A stretch of 64,000 nt of DNA from an uncultured Chloroflexia bacterium (lineage in GTDB: Bacteria > Chloroflexota > Dehalococcoidia > GIF9 > UBA5629). This document shows positions 1-9,572 of this stretch, in pieces. Location of the stretch: contig CAWHDI010000043.1 in the NCBI GenBank assembly GCA_963827985.1, positions 2,401 to 66,400 of the forward strand. The letters are read 5' to 3'. The notes below the pieces were generated by a model. It did no database searches. It saw nothing but the letters and a program-made list of their open reading frames with translations, and was not told the origin of the DNA. How positions within the stretch are numbered: the stretch's first letter is position 1; each line of letters begins with the position of its first letter. The position numbers were made by a program, and so were the translations under genes.

Positions 1-326
1 GGCAATACTTTCCTCACAAAAGGACACTGGTGATATTCGGCTCCTCGCAGGACAAGGACATCGAGGGAATGGCAAAGGAGCTCGCAGGCTTTGCGGACCA
101 GGTAATTCTCACCGCTTCCTCTCACCCGAGGGCAGCAACGACTGACCGCTTGCTGGCCGCTTTTCAAAACTCCGGAGTGCCGAGTACGGCAACAGATAGT
201 GCAAGGGAGGCGCTTTCCAGCGCTCTGAACAAAATGGAGAAAGATGATCTTATTCTGGCTACCGGGTCATTGTTCCTGGCGGCAGCGATCCAGGAGGCTT
301 TCTCCAAGAGACGAAAATTTTTGTAG
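1..326 (+). CDS. folC: Folylpolyglutamate synthase/dihydrofolate synthase, C-terminal part (5' truncated by window edge)
   Basis: Frame open from the window start. Motifs VIFGSSQDKD, ILTASSHPRA and ILATGSLFLA match the Mur-ligase/FolC C-terminal domain. Confidence 0.85.
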   Translation, partial: QYFPHKRTLVIFGSSQDKDIEGMAKELAGFADQVILTASSHPRAATTDRLLAAFQNSGVPSTATDSAREALSSALNKMEKDDLILATGSLFLAAAIQEAFSKRRKFL

Positions 327-374
327 ATTTACCTACCACCCGTTGCGACAATAACGGGCAGACATGAAGCGGGA

Positions 375-629
375 CTAGGCCTGTTGCGAAGTATCAGGCT
401 GCCCGGGAAGCATTTTGCCAAGCAGACGCTGCAAGGTCATGACGTGAACGCATTCTCCCCATTGCGCAAAGAAATGGCAGTTGCAATGCCATTTGCCATC
501 GGAGAGACCAAGGGTATGACTATCATTCTCTCCACGAAAAACGGCAGAGAAAGTGGAAATGGAAACACGTTCGGGTTCTTCTGCGTAGCGCTTGGCTTTT
601 TCGATTTTGCCGATGAGGCTGGACTGCAT
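375..629 (-). CDS. Small SWIM-type zinc-finger protein (84 aa)
   Basis: WHCNCHFF...CVH fits the CxC-Xn-CxH SWIM pattern. GGAGG RBS upstream on the minus strand. Confidence 0.7.
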   Translation of the reverse strand: MQSSLIGKIEKAKRYAEEPERVSISTFSAVFRGENDSHTLGLSDGKWHCNCHFFAQWGECVHVMTLQRLLGKMLPGQPDTSQQA

Positions 630-725
630 TGGTCTACCTCCGATGAAAGTATATAACGGCTAACTCTAAAAGTCTAACTAAATTCCGATAAATTCAGCCG
701 CCTTCAGTGACGTGGGGAAGCAAGG

Positions 726-1880
726 CTATTTGACCTCAGACCTGCCGTCGTAGACACGTCCCTTCCAGGCAACGCCCGCCCCAACCGCCCGCCGTGCAGC
801 CGAATAAATCGCTACAAGAACAAGAAAAATAATGCCTAGCGGGTGCAATATGAAGGAGCCGGCCGGCTCCCTAAAACGATGGTCTGCCGCCCAGCGCATC
901 AGGATCAATACTACAACCTGGGCAAGCACCACAAATTTCCAATCCGTGGGCCCGGAGTCGATAAGAAAGCTGTGCACAAGCCAGAAATAGGGCGCAAGGA
1001 AAAAAAAGTAGGCTGCTGCAAAGAATCCAGCCAGCGCAAACGGAGACAAAGCCATAACCGAATACATCCACTTGCCCCAGCCTTCACTCATGGTCTCTAC
1101 CGACTGGTACATGTCTGTCGACATGACATCCGACAGGTCAGCGGCAATGAACCGGCCACCTTTCTTCTTGATCTCGGCGCCAAACCAGACGTCTTCAATT
1201 ATCCTGGACTTAACGGCGGCATGTCCTCCCACACGCCAGTATTCTTCTTTCGGAAAGAGCATAAACTGCCCTATAGCGAGCGTGGGCCAGGGTTTCCTCG
1301 TGTTATTGAGAAACCAGATTGGGAACCAGCTCAACAGGATGAAATACATAAGCGGCATCACTATTTTTTGCGCCAGGCCCGATGTCACCTGGCGCGGCAT
1401 ACCGGATAATAGTGACAGTTTTTCTTTTAAAGCCAGGGCCATTACACTCCGCAGCATGTGTGGCTCATGGACAGTATCTGCATCTACAAACAACAGCCAG
1501 GATCCGCGGGCTTCATGAGCCAGTTGGTGACAGGCAAAGGGTTTACCGGCCCAACCGGAGGTAAGCGGCTGCCCATGGATAAGACGCAGGCGGGGACAGG
1601 TTTCCTGAAACGAGGCGACGATAGCCCCCGTACCGTCAGTTGAATTATCATCGAGCACAACCACTTCGTAGTCAGGGTAGTCCTGATTAACCAAAGATAC
1701 GATACATTTTCCAATGTTCGCTGCCTCATTTCGAGCGGGGACAAGAATTGATACCATAGGAAAAGGCCCCCTCATTTTGGTAGATTTTGATGGCCTTTTC
1801 AAGGCGATAAGGTTGAATATAAGGTTAAGTGCAAAAAGCAGCAGTACCGCCAGCACAAAGACCTGGAAAATCATATTCAC
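726..1880 (-). CDS. Glycosyltransferase family 2, membrane-bound (CrtQ/HpnB-like)
   Basis: N-terminal TM, VSILVPARNEA, VLDDNSTDGT, GWAGKPFAC, LFVDAD, GQFMLF, RIIEDV, and C-terminal TM helices. Confidence 0.9.
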   Translation of the reverse strand: MNMIFQVFVLAVLLLFALNLIFNLIALKRPSKSTKMRGPFPMVSILVPARNEAANIGKCIVSLVNQDYPDYEVVVLDDNSTDGTGAIVASFQETCPRLRLIHGQPLTSGWAGKPFACHQLAHEARGSWLLFVDADTVHEPHMLRSVMALALKEKLSLLSGMPRQVTSGLAQKIVMPLMYFILLSWFPIWFLNNTRKPWPTLAIGQFMLFPKEEYWRVGGHAAVKSRIIEDVWFGAEIKKKGGRFIAADLSDVMSTDMYQSVETMSEGWGKWMYSVMALSPFALAGFFAAAYFFFLAPYFWLVHSFLIDSGPTDWKFVVLAQVVVLILMRWAADHRFREPAGSFILHPLGIIFLVLVAIYSAARRAVGAGVAWKGRVYDGRSEVK

Positions 1881-2047
1881 CTCACATTGAATCAGAGTGC
1901 CACTAACCCCGCATTCTGCAACCGGGTTATCTTATCGCTGATTACAGCTACTGTCAATCAGTATTTCTGTCTAATTTGTCGATAATCATCCGTATTCTTT
2001 CACACATGTCGAATTTATCTGCTAAAATTGATAACCGGGCAGGTGTT

Positions 2048-3406
2048 ATGAAGGATAAACTTCTCTCCGCTCTCAGAGGGCAAAAAGCAGATTATATAGA
2101 AATCCGCCTTGACGAAAGCAATTCAAGCCGGCTGGTTTTCCGCGGGGAACGCCTGGAAGAAGCAGGCAGAAGCTCGAGCACGGGAGGCAATGTCAGGGCC
2201 CTGGTACGGGGCGGATGGGGATTCGTCAGCTTTAACAGCCTCAACAACCTGGCCGAGCATGTTTCACTTGCGATTGAACAGGCGCGGCACGTGGGAAAAG
2301 AGGTAAGCCAGTTCAGCCCGGTAACACCGGTGGTTGATGTTGTTGACGCCGCTTACAAGAAAAACCCCCTGGATATATCGCTGGCTGCCAAGAAAGGACT
2401 GCTGGATGAATATAACCGGCTGATGCTGGGGACCCCCGAAATACAAACGACAAGCATCAGCTATGCCGACGGGAAGAAAAAGGTGACCCTGGCGACGTCG
2501 GAGGGCGCATATATTGAGCAAAGCCGCATAGACGTAAATTTAAGGCTGTCCGCCATCGCCAGCCGTGACGGCGACGTGCAGCAGGTGGGCCTGAGCATCG
2601 GCAGCAAGGGTGATTTTTCGACGGTGGAGAACCTGCAGGAAGAGGCCCGCGACATCGCCCGCCGTGCCGTGGCAATGCTATCCGCACCCCGCGTCGAAGG
2701 TGGCACTTATACGGTGGTGCTGGATCCCATCTTGGCCGGGGTTTTCGTCCACGAGGCGTTCGGGCACCTTTCGGAAGCCGACCATATATACGAAAACCCA
2801 CAGTTGAGAGAAGTAATGGTACTAGGCCGCCGGTTCGGGGGCAAACATTTGAATATCGTCGACGGCGCGGCGGTACCTGGTTACAGGGGCAGCTTCAAAT
2901 ACGACGACGAGGGAACGCCGGCAACCAAAACATATCTTATTCAGGAAGGGGTGCTTAGCAGCCGGCTTCATTCCAGGGAGACGGCAGCGAGGATGGGAGA
3001 GAAGCCGACGGGCAACGCCAGGGCGATCAACTACACATTTCCTCCCATTGTCAGGATGACCAATACTTATATCGAACCGGGAAAAACGAATTTCGCAGAT
3101 ATAATCAGTGATATCAAAGAGGGCGTGTACGCCAAGGACTGGTACGGCGGCACCACCAGCCTCGAGATGTTCACTTTTTCGGCCGGCGAAGCGTACATGA
3201 TCAGGAACGGCAAGATAGCTGAGATGATCAAGCCGGTCGTACTGTCAGGAAATGTTTTCACCACGCTGGATAACATTGACGCCATTGGCGACGACCTGGA
3301 CATGAACCAGGGAGGCGGATGCGGCAAAGCAGGCCAATCACCTCTGCCCGTTTCCAATGGAAGCCCTCATATACGGATCAGGAACTGCCTGGTTGGAGGA
3401 AAGTGA
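2048..3406 (+). CDS. tldD: TldD family metalloprotease
   Basis: HEAFGHLSEAD zinc motif, YDDEG, GNARA, RMTNTYIEPG, and C-terminal CGKAGQSPLPVSNGSPHIRI. Start taken at ATG 2048 after AGGTG. Confidence 0.95.
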   Translation: MKDKLLSALRGQKADYIEIRLDESNSSRLVFRGERLEEAGRSSSTGGNVRALVRGGWGFVSFNSLNNLAEHVSLAIEQARHVGKEVSQFSPVTPVVDVVDAAYKKNPLDISLAAKKGLLDEYNRLMLGTPEIQTTSISYADGKKKVTLATSEGAYIEQSRIDVNLRLSAIASRDGDVQQVGLSIGSKGDFSTVENLQEEARDIARRAVAMLSAPRVEGGTYTVVLDPILAGVFVHEAFGHLSEADHIYENPQLREVMVLGRRFGGKHLNIVDGAAVPGYRGSFKYDDEGTPATKTYLIQEGVLSSRLHSRETAARMGEKPTGNARAINYTFPPIVRMTNTYIEPGKTNFADIISDIKEGVYAKDWYGGTTSLEMFTFSAGEAYMIRNGKIAEMIKPVVLSGNVFTTLDNIDAIGDDLDMNQGGGCGKAGQSPLPVSNGSPHIRIRNCLVGGK

Positions 3407-4705
3407 GTGGAAAGGATACTATCCATAGCGCGTAAGCACGCGGACGCCGCCGAAGTGTTCCAGGTAAACTCCCGCAGGACGCCGGTACAATTCGAAGCTA
3501 ACCGCCTTAAGCAAATACAGACAAAGGAATCTACCGCCACTGCCATACGAATTGTTAAGAACGGCAGGATTGGCTTCGCCCAGGCTAGTGGTAATATAGA
3601 CCCTGATGAACTGGTCAAAATGGCGCTGGATACCAGCCAGTTCGGCTATGAGGTCAACTTCGAATTTCCTTCCAGCCAAACTTACAATGACGTGGAAGTA
3701 TACGACAAAGATATCGAGAATATCAGTATCGACAGCATGGTTTCTCTGGGAGAAACAGTCATCAAGGCGGTCTGCGATAACACTCCCGGCATAATCTGCG
3801 AAGGTAGCGTGGCACACGGCACCGCCACTTTCGCGATAGCCAATACCAGCGGCGCTTCTGCAAGCTATAAACGCACGAATTCCGGTATCAGCATCGATGG
3901 AATGCTGGTAAGAAACGGTGACATCCTGTATGTGGGTGACATACTGACTTCCTGCCACCCGGTAACCGGCCATGAGCCGGTCACCCGCGAGATTATCAGG
4001 CAATTGGACCTTGCCCGCAATAGCGCCAGCATAAAATCAGGTACGTTCCCGGTGATTTTTACACCCTACGGTGTTTCGGGCGCACTGATCGCGCCCCTGA
4101 TCTCTGCCCTGAACGGCAAAATGGTGCTCGACGGCGCTTCGCCTCTTAAAGATAAGATGGGACAGACAATCCTGGATAAGAAATTCTCATTCAGCGACGA
4201 CCCCACTCTGCCCTTCCAACCCGGAAGCACTCCTTTCGATGATGAGGGCATTAAGGCCCGAAAAAATATGCTCATTTACCGCGGCACTGTGACCCAATTT
4301 TATTATGATCTACATACCGCTGCGCTGGCCGGTACGACCAGCACGGGAAATGGAAACCGGAATGGGGGGATGCCATCACCTGCGCCGCACGCGCTTGTTA
4401 TTGAAGGTGGTGATACCCCGTTCCAGGAAATGGTAAAGGGCATAAAAGAGGGCCTTGTTATCGAGCAGCTTATGGGAGCAGAGCAGGGGAATATACTGAA
4501 CGGCGATTTCAGCGGCAACGTCCTGCTAGGCTACAAGATCGAAAATGGTGAAATAACGGGACGAGTCAAGGATACCATGGTCTTTGGGAACGTATATCAG
4601 CTACTGAAAGAGATTACTGCCCTTGGCAACGATTCGCGCTGGATTGGAGGCTATGTTAACACACCGAGCATTTTCTGCCCGTCTATTTCAATTTCTGCAA
4701 AATAG
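3407..4705 (+). CDS. pmbA: PmbA/TldE family protein
   Basis: PFDDEG, STGNG and GDFSG...GYKIENGEI motifs without HEXXH. GTG start directly follows the tldD stop. Confidence 0.9.
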   Translation: MERILSIARKHADAAEVFQVNSRRTPVQFEANRLKQIQTKESTATAIRIVKNGRIGFAQASGNIDPDELVKMALDTSQFGYEVNFEFPSSQTYNDVEVYDKDIENISIDSMVSLGETVIKAVCDNTPGIICEGSVAHGTATFAIANTSGASASYKRTNSGISIDGMLVRNGDILYVGDILTSCHPVTGHEPVTREIIRQLDLARNSASIKSGTFPVIFTPYGVSGALIAPLISALNGKMVLDGASPLKDKMGQTILDKKFSFSDDPTLPFQPGSTPFDDEGIKARKNMLIYRGTVTQFYYDLHTAALAGTTSTGNGNRNGGMPSPAPHALVIEGGDTPFQEMVKGIKEGLVIEQLMGAEQGNILNGDFSGNVLLGYKIENGEITGRVKDTMVFGNVYQLLKEITALGNDSRWIGGYVNTPSIFCPSISISAK

Positions 4706-4709
4706 TCAG

Positions 4710-5531
4710 ATGAAGAAATTAGTCAATTTTCGTAAAGAACCGCGGCCCAAAGCTTGCGAGCTGATTGCTGCGTGGCCGGGCATTGGAAACCTCTCCCTGA
4801 TCGTTGCCCGTTACCTAAGGGAAAAGCTGGCTGCCGAGGAAATCGGTGAGATCGAACCGTTCACTTTCTTTGATCCAATCGGCGTTATGGTAAAAGATAA
4901 TATTGTGGAAGAACCCCAGTTCCCGGAAGGAAAGTTTTACTACTGGCATAACACAGCAGGTAAAAAGGACCTCCTATTTTTCATCAGTGATGAACAACCT
5001 ACTTTCAAAGGTTACGACCTGGCCAATTTCATTTTGGATATCGCCAAGAAATTCAAAGTGCAGCGTGTTTACACTTTCGCTGCCGCGATAGCCAAGATAC
5101 ACCATACGGAAATGCCAAAAGTCTGGGGAGTGGCAACAGACTCATCCCTGGTAACTTTTCTCAAGAAATTCGATGTTGTGCTGCGCGGCAGGCTGCAGAT
5201 CGCCGGGCTTAACGGCCTCTTACTCGGGGTAGCCAGAGAAAGGGGCATGGAAGGCCTATGCCTGCTGGGCGAAGTCCCCTCATACACCACGAGGATCCCA
5301 AACCCGAAAGCCTCCCTTGCGGTGATGAAAGTGCTGCTTAAGGTACTTGATATCCAGATCGACCTGAGTGACCTGGCCAAAATAGCGGAAGAATCGGACC
5401 AGCAGATGAAAAGACTGGCCGCCCAGGCCATGGGTGAATACATCGACAGGTATACCAGGCCGATATGGCCCCCGCCTGAAGACGAAGAGGAGTTCGAGGA
5501 CGAGGAGGACGAGGAGGATGAGGAGGACTAA
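4710..5531 (+). CDS. PAC2 (proteasome assembly chaperone 2-like/ATP-grasp-associated) family protein with acidic tail
   Basis: IAAWPGIGN, FFISDEQP, IAGLNGLLLG, CLLGEVPSY and PNPKAS motifs. C-terminal EDEEEFEDEEDEEDEED. Confidence 0.85.
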   Translation: MKKLVNFRKEPRPKACELIAAWPGIGNLSLIVARYLREKLAAEEIGEIEPFTFFDPIGVMVKDNIVEEPQFPEGKFYYWHNTAGKKDLLFFISDEQPTFKGYDLANFILDIAKKFKVQRVYTFAAAIAKIHHTEMPKVWGVATDSSLVTFLKKFDVVLRGRLQIAGLNGLLLGVARERGMEGLCLLGEVPSYTTRIPNPKASLAVMKVLLKVLDIQIDLSDLAKIAEESDQQMKRLAAQAMGEYIDRYTRPIWPPPEDEEEFEDEEDEEDEED

Positions 5532-6464
5532 ATGGACCCGAAAGAGCGCGAAGTTGGACAAGTAATAGACAAGGTATTCGGCCCTGAGAGCGAACTGCTT
5601 AATGCCGATGTGGCCGTGCTATCCGACCTGAACAGGGATGGCCTGGCGAAGTTCAAAAAGGCCTGGGAAAAGGCGGACTTTGAGGAACGATTGCGCCTGA
5701 TAACAAAGATGGTAAGCCTCAGTGAAGACGACTTTATCCTGGATTACACCGGGATATTTATTATGGCGCTGAACGATCCTCAGGAGAGCATCCGCATTAA
5801 GGCGCTGGAAGGCCTGGAAATGGAGGACAAGTACAACAATGCCAGGCCCATTATTAAGGTTTTGAAATCTGATGAATCCGCAGAAGTCAGGGCGGCAGCG
5901 GCCCGGGCACTGGGCAAACTTGCCCTCATGACAGAATGCGGCAATATACCCGACCTCATAGGCCAGGAAATATTTAATGCCCTGTTGGAAGTACTGGAAA
6001 AACCGAAGGAGGATGAAGAGGTGCGGCGACGTGCACTGGAGACGGTGGCCTGCTTCCACCAGGAGCCGGTGGACCGATACATAGAGGACTACTATTACAG
6101 CGAGGACCCGAAGATCAAGGCAAGCGCCATTTTTGCCATGGGTTTTAATTGCACCGAGCGCTGGTTAAACTTGTTGATTGACGAGATGCAGAGCGAAAGG
6201 TCCGAATTCAGATTTGAAGCCGCACGCTCCAGCGGTGAAATCGGGGATGAGGAAGCGGTACCTCACTTGATCAAGCTGCTGGACGACAAAGACCAGGAAG
6301 TACAGGACGCCGCAATCATTTCATTGGGCAAAATAGGCGGCGCCGAGGCAAAACGCGCGTTACAAAAACTTAGCAAATCCACTGATGCACGGATCAAAGA
6401 TGCGGCCAAGGCCGCTCTGACAGAGCTTTCAGCTTGCGAAGATCCACTATCTTTGAGTTTCTAA
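5532..6464 (+). CDS. HEAT/PBS-lyase repeat protein
   Basis: Repeated D..EVR..AA.ALG units (EVRAAAARALG, EVRRRALE, EVQDAAIISLGKIG). Confidence 0.85.
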   Translation: MDPKEREVGQVIDKVFGPESELLNADVAVLSDLNRDGLAKFKKAWEKADFEERLRLITKMVSLSEDDFILDYTGIFIMALNDPQESIRIKALEGLEMEDKYNNARPIIKVLKSDESAEVRAAAARALGKLALMTECGNIPDLIGQEIFNALLEVLEKPKEDEEVRRRALETVACFHQEPVDRYIEDYYYSEDPKIKASAIFAMGFNCTERWLNLLIDEMQSERSEFRFEAARSSGEIGDEEAVPHLIKLLDDKDQEVQDAAIISLGKIGGAEAKRALQKLSKSTDARIKDAAKAALTELSACEDPLSLSF

Positions 6465-6997
6465 ACCGTCAGCCGGCTGTGCTAAGCGGGAAAAAGGTCA
6501 ACCTTCGTCCCCGGCATCTCGAAGACTGTGCTAACGAGTACAGGTGGAGAACAGACGAAGAGCTGTGCCGGCTTGACGCCACCATTCCCGTGGGCCTGTC
6601 ATACGCCGAATTCCTGGACCGTTACTCAATAGAGCTAGAATACCCGGGACTAACGCATACACTGGCCATGGACGCACTGGACGGAACGCACATCGGGGAA
6701 TGCAGCCTCTTCAATATTGATTTTGTTGACAGCAGCACAGAAATAGGGATTTTGATCGGCAACAAATCCTACTGGAACAAAGGTTACGGTTCGGACGCCA
6801 TGGAAACCTTCGTTCAATACATTTTCAGCGCCTCCGATGTAGAAAAAATAGTGCTGAGGACATTGGACTGGAACATCCGCGCCCAGAAGTGCTTCGAGAA
6901 GTGCGGATTCACCCTTTCAGGCACAATGGTCAAAGGAGCCTACCGATTCCTGGTCATGAAGAGCCTGCGGCCCAATAAGCCGGGCGTACCTCAATAA
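6434..6997 (+). CDS. GNAT N-acetyltransferase, RimJ/RimL/SpeG-type
   Basis: VNLRP, EIGILIG..YWNKGYG (acetyl-CoA motif A), and NIRAQKCFEKCGF. Exact start uncertain. Confidence 0.85.
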   Translation: MRRSTIFEFLNRQPAVLSGKKVNLRPRHLEDCANEYRWRTDEELCRLDATIPVGLSYAEFLDRYSIELEYPGLTHTLAMDALDGTHIGECSLFNIDFVDSSTEIGILIGNKSYWNKGYGSDAMETFVQYIFSASDVEKIVLRTLDWNIRAQKCFEKCGFTLSGTMVKGAYRFLVMKSLRPNKPGVPQ

Positions 6998-7924
6998 ACT
7001 ACCAGCGGCGAGTTGTCAGTGACCACTTTTCGTGTTCGCGCTAGTTTCCTGCGTAGCCTCAAAGGCAATGAAAACATTCCGCGGTGCGAAATACCGTCGT
7101 ACGTAGTGAGCGTACCGGAGATCCTTGCCGCCAATCTTGAATTGATTTCCCCGATACCCAAACGTGCCACATCCACCTGATCGGAGACTGTGTGAAATCC
7201 CCAGAGGTCGACGAAGGAAGGCACATACACCTGGTACGGGCTTACATATTTGAAGACGCTTTTCAGGGTACTGTTTATCGCGAAGAAATTGTTAAGGTTG
7301 ATCCATCCTGATTGACCTGACTGCACCACCATAACCCCACCCGGCTTCAGTTTATCCTTGACCAATTGATAGAACTCCCTGGTGTACAGCATCTGGGCCG
7401 GACCCGCTTCCACGGGATCGGCAAGGTCAATGATGGCGACATCGAACCTGTTGCGGGTATCGGCAATATATTTACGCGCATCTTCATATCTAATTTCGGC
7501 GCGTTTGTCATCAAACGCGCCACGATGGAACGTCGGAAGATACTTCCGGCAGAGGTCAACAACCTCTTCATCGATATCAACCATAACAGCTTTCTTCACA
7601 GTATTATGCAGTAACACGTCGCGTAAAGTGGCCCCCTCACCGCCGCCTGCAATAAATACGCTTTCAGGGTGCGGGTGAGCGATCATCGCGGGATGCACAA
7701 GTGATTCATGGTAAATAAACTCATCCTTTTCGCCGGACTGTATCTTACCGTCCAGAACCAGGCACATTCCGAACGTGGCCGTCTTTATTATCTGCCGCGT
7801 GTTGATATTTAGTGGTTACATCGCGAAGTGTACGTTTGATTCCGTGGATCTGCACCAGGTCGGCAGACAGCTCATCGATGAGCCATTTGCTCTTGCTATA
7901 ACAACCTTTTTCTTCGATCTTCAA
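6991..7924 (-). CDS. speE: Polyamine aminopropyltransferase (spermidine synthase); one apparent +1 indel near 7792
   Basis: LVLDGKIQS, IYHESLVHP, IAGGGEGATLR, MVDID and IIDLADP motifs. The N-terminus KWLIDELSADLVQIHGIKRTLRDVTTKYQHA lies in another frame upstream of about 7795, with a TTG start overlapping the speD stop. Confidence 0.9.
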
Positions 7925-8289
7925 CTTACTTCCACCTTATTTCCCGATAAGATTCCCCGGTTTAACTCTATGTATGTGGTTGATTTTGCCTTGAGTTTCT
8001 CAGCAAGCGGTTTTACGGCATCCCTGGGTTGTATTACATCTCCGCAAGTAAACACGTCTACGGCAGCAAAGTTGTACTCAGGCCAGGTATGAATTGAAAT
8101 GTGAGACTCCGCTATTATGACAACGCCGCTGACTCCCTGGGGTGTGAACTGGTAAAAAGAGTCTTTTATGACGGTTGCGCCTATCTGCGTCGCCACATCC
8201 GATAATGACTTCCTCAGGAAGTCGATGTTATTCAACAGGTCGTGATTGCAGTCCATCAGTTCCAACAACAAGTGTTTGCCCAGGGCCAA
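7921..8289 (-). CDS. speD: S-adenosylmethionine decarboxylase proenzyme
   Basis: GKHLLLEL, FTPQGVSGVVIIAESHISIHTWPE (ES cleavage site), and DVFTCG. Confidence 0.95.
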   Translation of the reverse strand: MALGKHLLLELMDCNHDLLNNIDFLRKSLSDVATQIGATVIKDSFYQFTPQGVSGVVIIAESHISIHTWPEYNFAAVDVFTCGDVIQPRDAVKPLAEKLKAKSTTYIELNRGILSGNKVEVS

Positions 8290-8413
8290 TTAGTTTGCCT
8301 CCTCAAAGATTGTTATATATTAAAAATGTATTAAATATTGATAACATCATCAAACAGAGCGTAATTTTATATTTTATGTTCAGCATTTTCAAGAAAATGT
8401 ACCCTTTTGGCTA

Positions 8414-8442
8414 TTGACAAAGTCTATATGACACTGTAAAAT
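8414..8442 (+). promoter_or_regulatory. Sigma70-type promoter for the Cys-rich secreted protein
   Basis: TTGACA (8414-8419), 17 nt, TAAAAT (8437-8442). AT-rich upstream region and AGGAGG at 8464-8469. Confidence 0.8.
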
Positions 8443-8477
8443 CGGTTCCAAAATCCATTCATAAGGAGGCGTATGCC

Positions 8478-9155
8478 GTGAGGAGAATTATTGGGACCCT
8501 CGTTGCACTCGTAGTGGCAGTATCATTGGTGCTGATACCGGCAGCCACAGTCTCAGCCGACCTGGGTAAATGCACGGGTTGGGACAAAGTTAAATGGGAA
8601 AATAACCAGAACTCCTGGAAGCTATATCTCCAGCACTGGGGAAGGACGCCGACCAGCGCTCTTTCCAGGCTTGCTGGCCTTTGCGGCCCGGATAAACTTT
8701 GTTCCGGCGTATGCAATACCTCCAAATGCCCGAAGCCCACTGGTTGCGATATCAACCAGTGCCTGGGTGGTTGCAGCAACTGCAATACCGAAGCAGGAAC
8801 TCTGGGATCGGCTTGCACCGATTCACAGAAATGCCTGAATCCGGCCACCAAACCGACCTCACTTCCGCTTGATGATTGTCCGCTGAATTGCCCGGCGAAC
8901 ACGACCACAGCCGGCCTCGGCACTTCGAAGTGCTCGGGCTGCTGGGGCAAGAGCCTGTCTTTTGCCGGCAAGAGCTGGGGTGCCGCTGATATCGGCACCA
9001 ACGCACTCATCAACAACAACCAGATGAACCACTTTGGTTCCGGCAAACTGGGCGGCGGTGACTGGGGTATTACAGGTAGCGCACATCCTGAATGTCTCGC
9101 TCAGACCTGGGCACTCCAGAACAACCTTCTGGCCAAATGCAAAATCTGCAAGTAA
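8478..9155 (+). CDS. Secreted cysteine-rich hypothetical protein (225 aa, 18 Cys)
   Basis: Sec-type signal peptide MRRIIGTLVALVVAVSLVLIPAATVSA, strong RBS, own promoter and terminator. No family recognised. Confidence 0.8.
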   Translation: MRRIIGTLVALVVAVSLVLIPAATVSADLGKCTGWDKVKWENNQNSWKLYLQHWGRTPTSALSRLAGLCGPDKLCSGVCNTSKCPKPTGCDINQCLGGCSNCNTEAGTLGSACTDSQKCLNPATKPTSLPLDDCPLNCPANTTTAGLGTSKCSGCWGKSLSFAGKSWGAADIGTNALINNNQMNHFGSGKLGGGDWGITGSAHPECLAQTWALQNNLLAKCKICK

Positions 9156-9171
9156 GCAGTAACTAAGAAGA

Positions 9172-9213
9172 AAATAAATAAGCGTCCCGAGCATTCGGGA
9201 CGCTTATTTATTT
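9172..9213. terminator. Intrinsic terminator, probably bidirectional
   Basis: Perfect 19-bp stem AAATAAATAAGCGTCCCGA / TCGGGACGCTTATTTATTT with a 4-nt loop. Confidence 0.85.
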
Positions 9214-9236
9214 ATACCGACATAAAGGTAAACCAT

Positions 9237-9572
9237 ATGGAACCAGCAGAAAAGTTGATCTCCGTTTATAAGGCATGCGGACAGCCCGAGGCAGAAATCG
9301 TAAAGGGCCGTCTTAACGTTGAAAATATACCGGCTATACTGAAGTATGAAAGCCTGGGCAATGTATATGGATTAACGCTGGATGGGCTGGGACAGGTAGA
9401 GATACTGGTCCCCGCAAGATACGCTCAAAAGGCGTCAGAGATACTGGCAAGTGAAACCAATCTTGAATTGGAATGCCCGGATACTACTAGAGCCAGAGCA
9501 GAATTCAGAGCCTTAAAATCAAACCGGCTGTCCAGAATAGAGGCCAGCACCGTCAATTTCTGCATGTGCTGA
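9237..9572 (+). CDS. DUF2007 (putative signal-transducing) protein
   Basis: EAEIVKGRLNVENIPA..., YGLTLDGLGQVEILVP..AQKASEIL. The 3' end overlaps the convergent gene and may be distorted by an indel. Confidence 0.75.
   Translation: MEPAEKLISVYKACGQPEAEIVKGRLNVENIPAILKYESLGNVYGLTLDGLGQVEILVPARYAQKASEILASETNLELECPDTTRARAEFRALKSNRLSRIEASTVNFCMC

Noticed and set aside
5478-5528. GAG/GAC trinucleotide-like repeat
   Set aside because: It simply encodes the acidic tail of the PAC2 protein and is not an independent repeat element.
8459-9046. 195-aa antisense ORF over the Cys-rich gene
   Set aside because: The plus strand has the promoter, RBS, signal peptide and terminator, so the antisense frame is a shadow.
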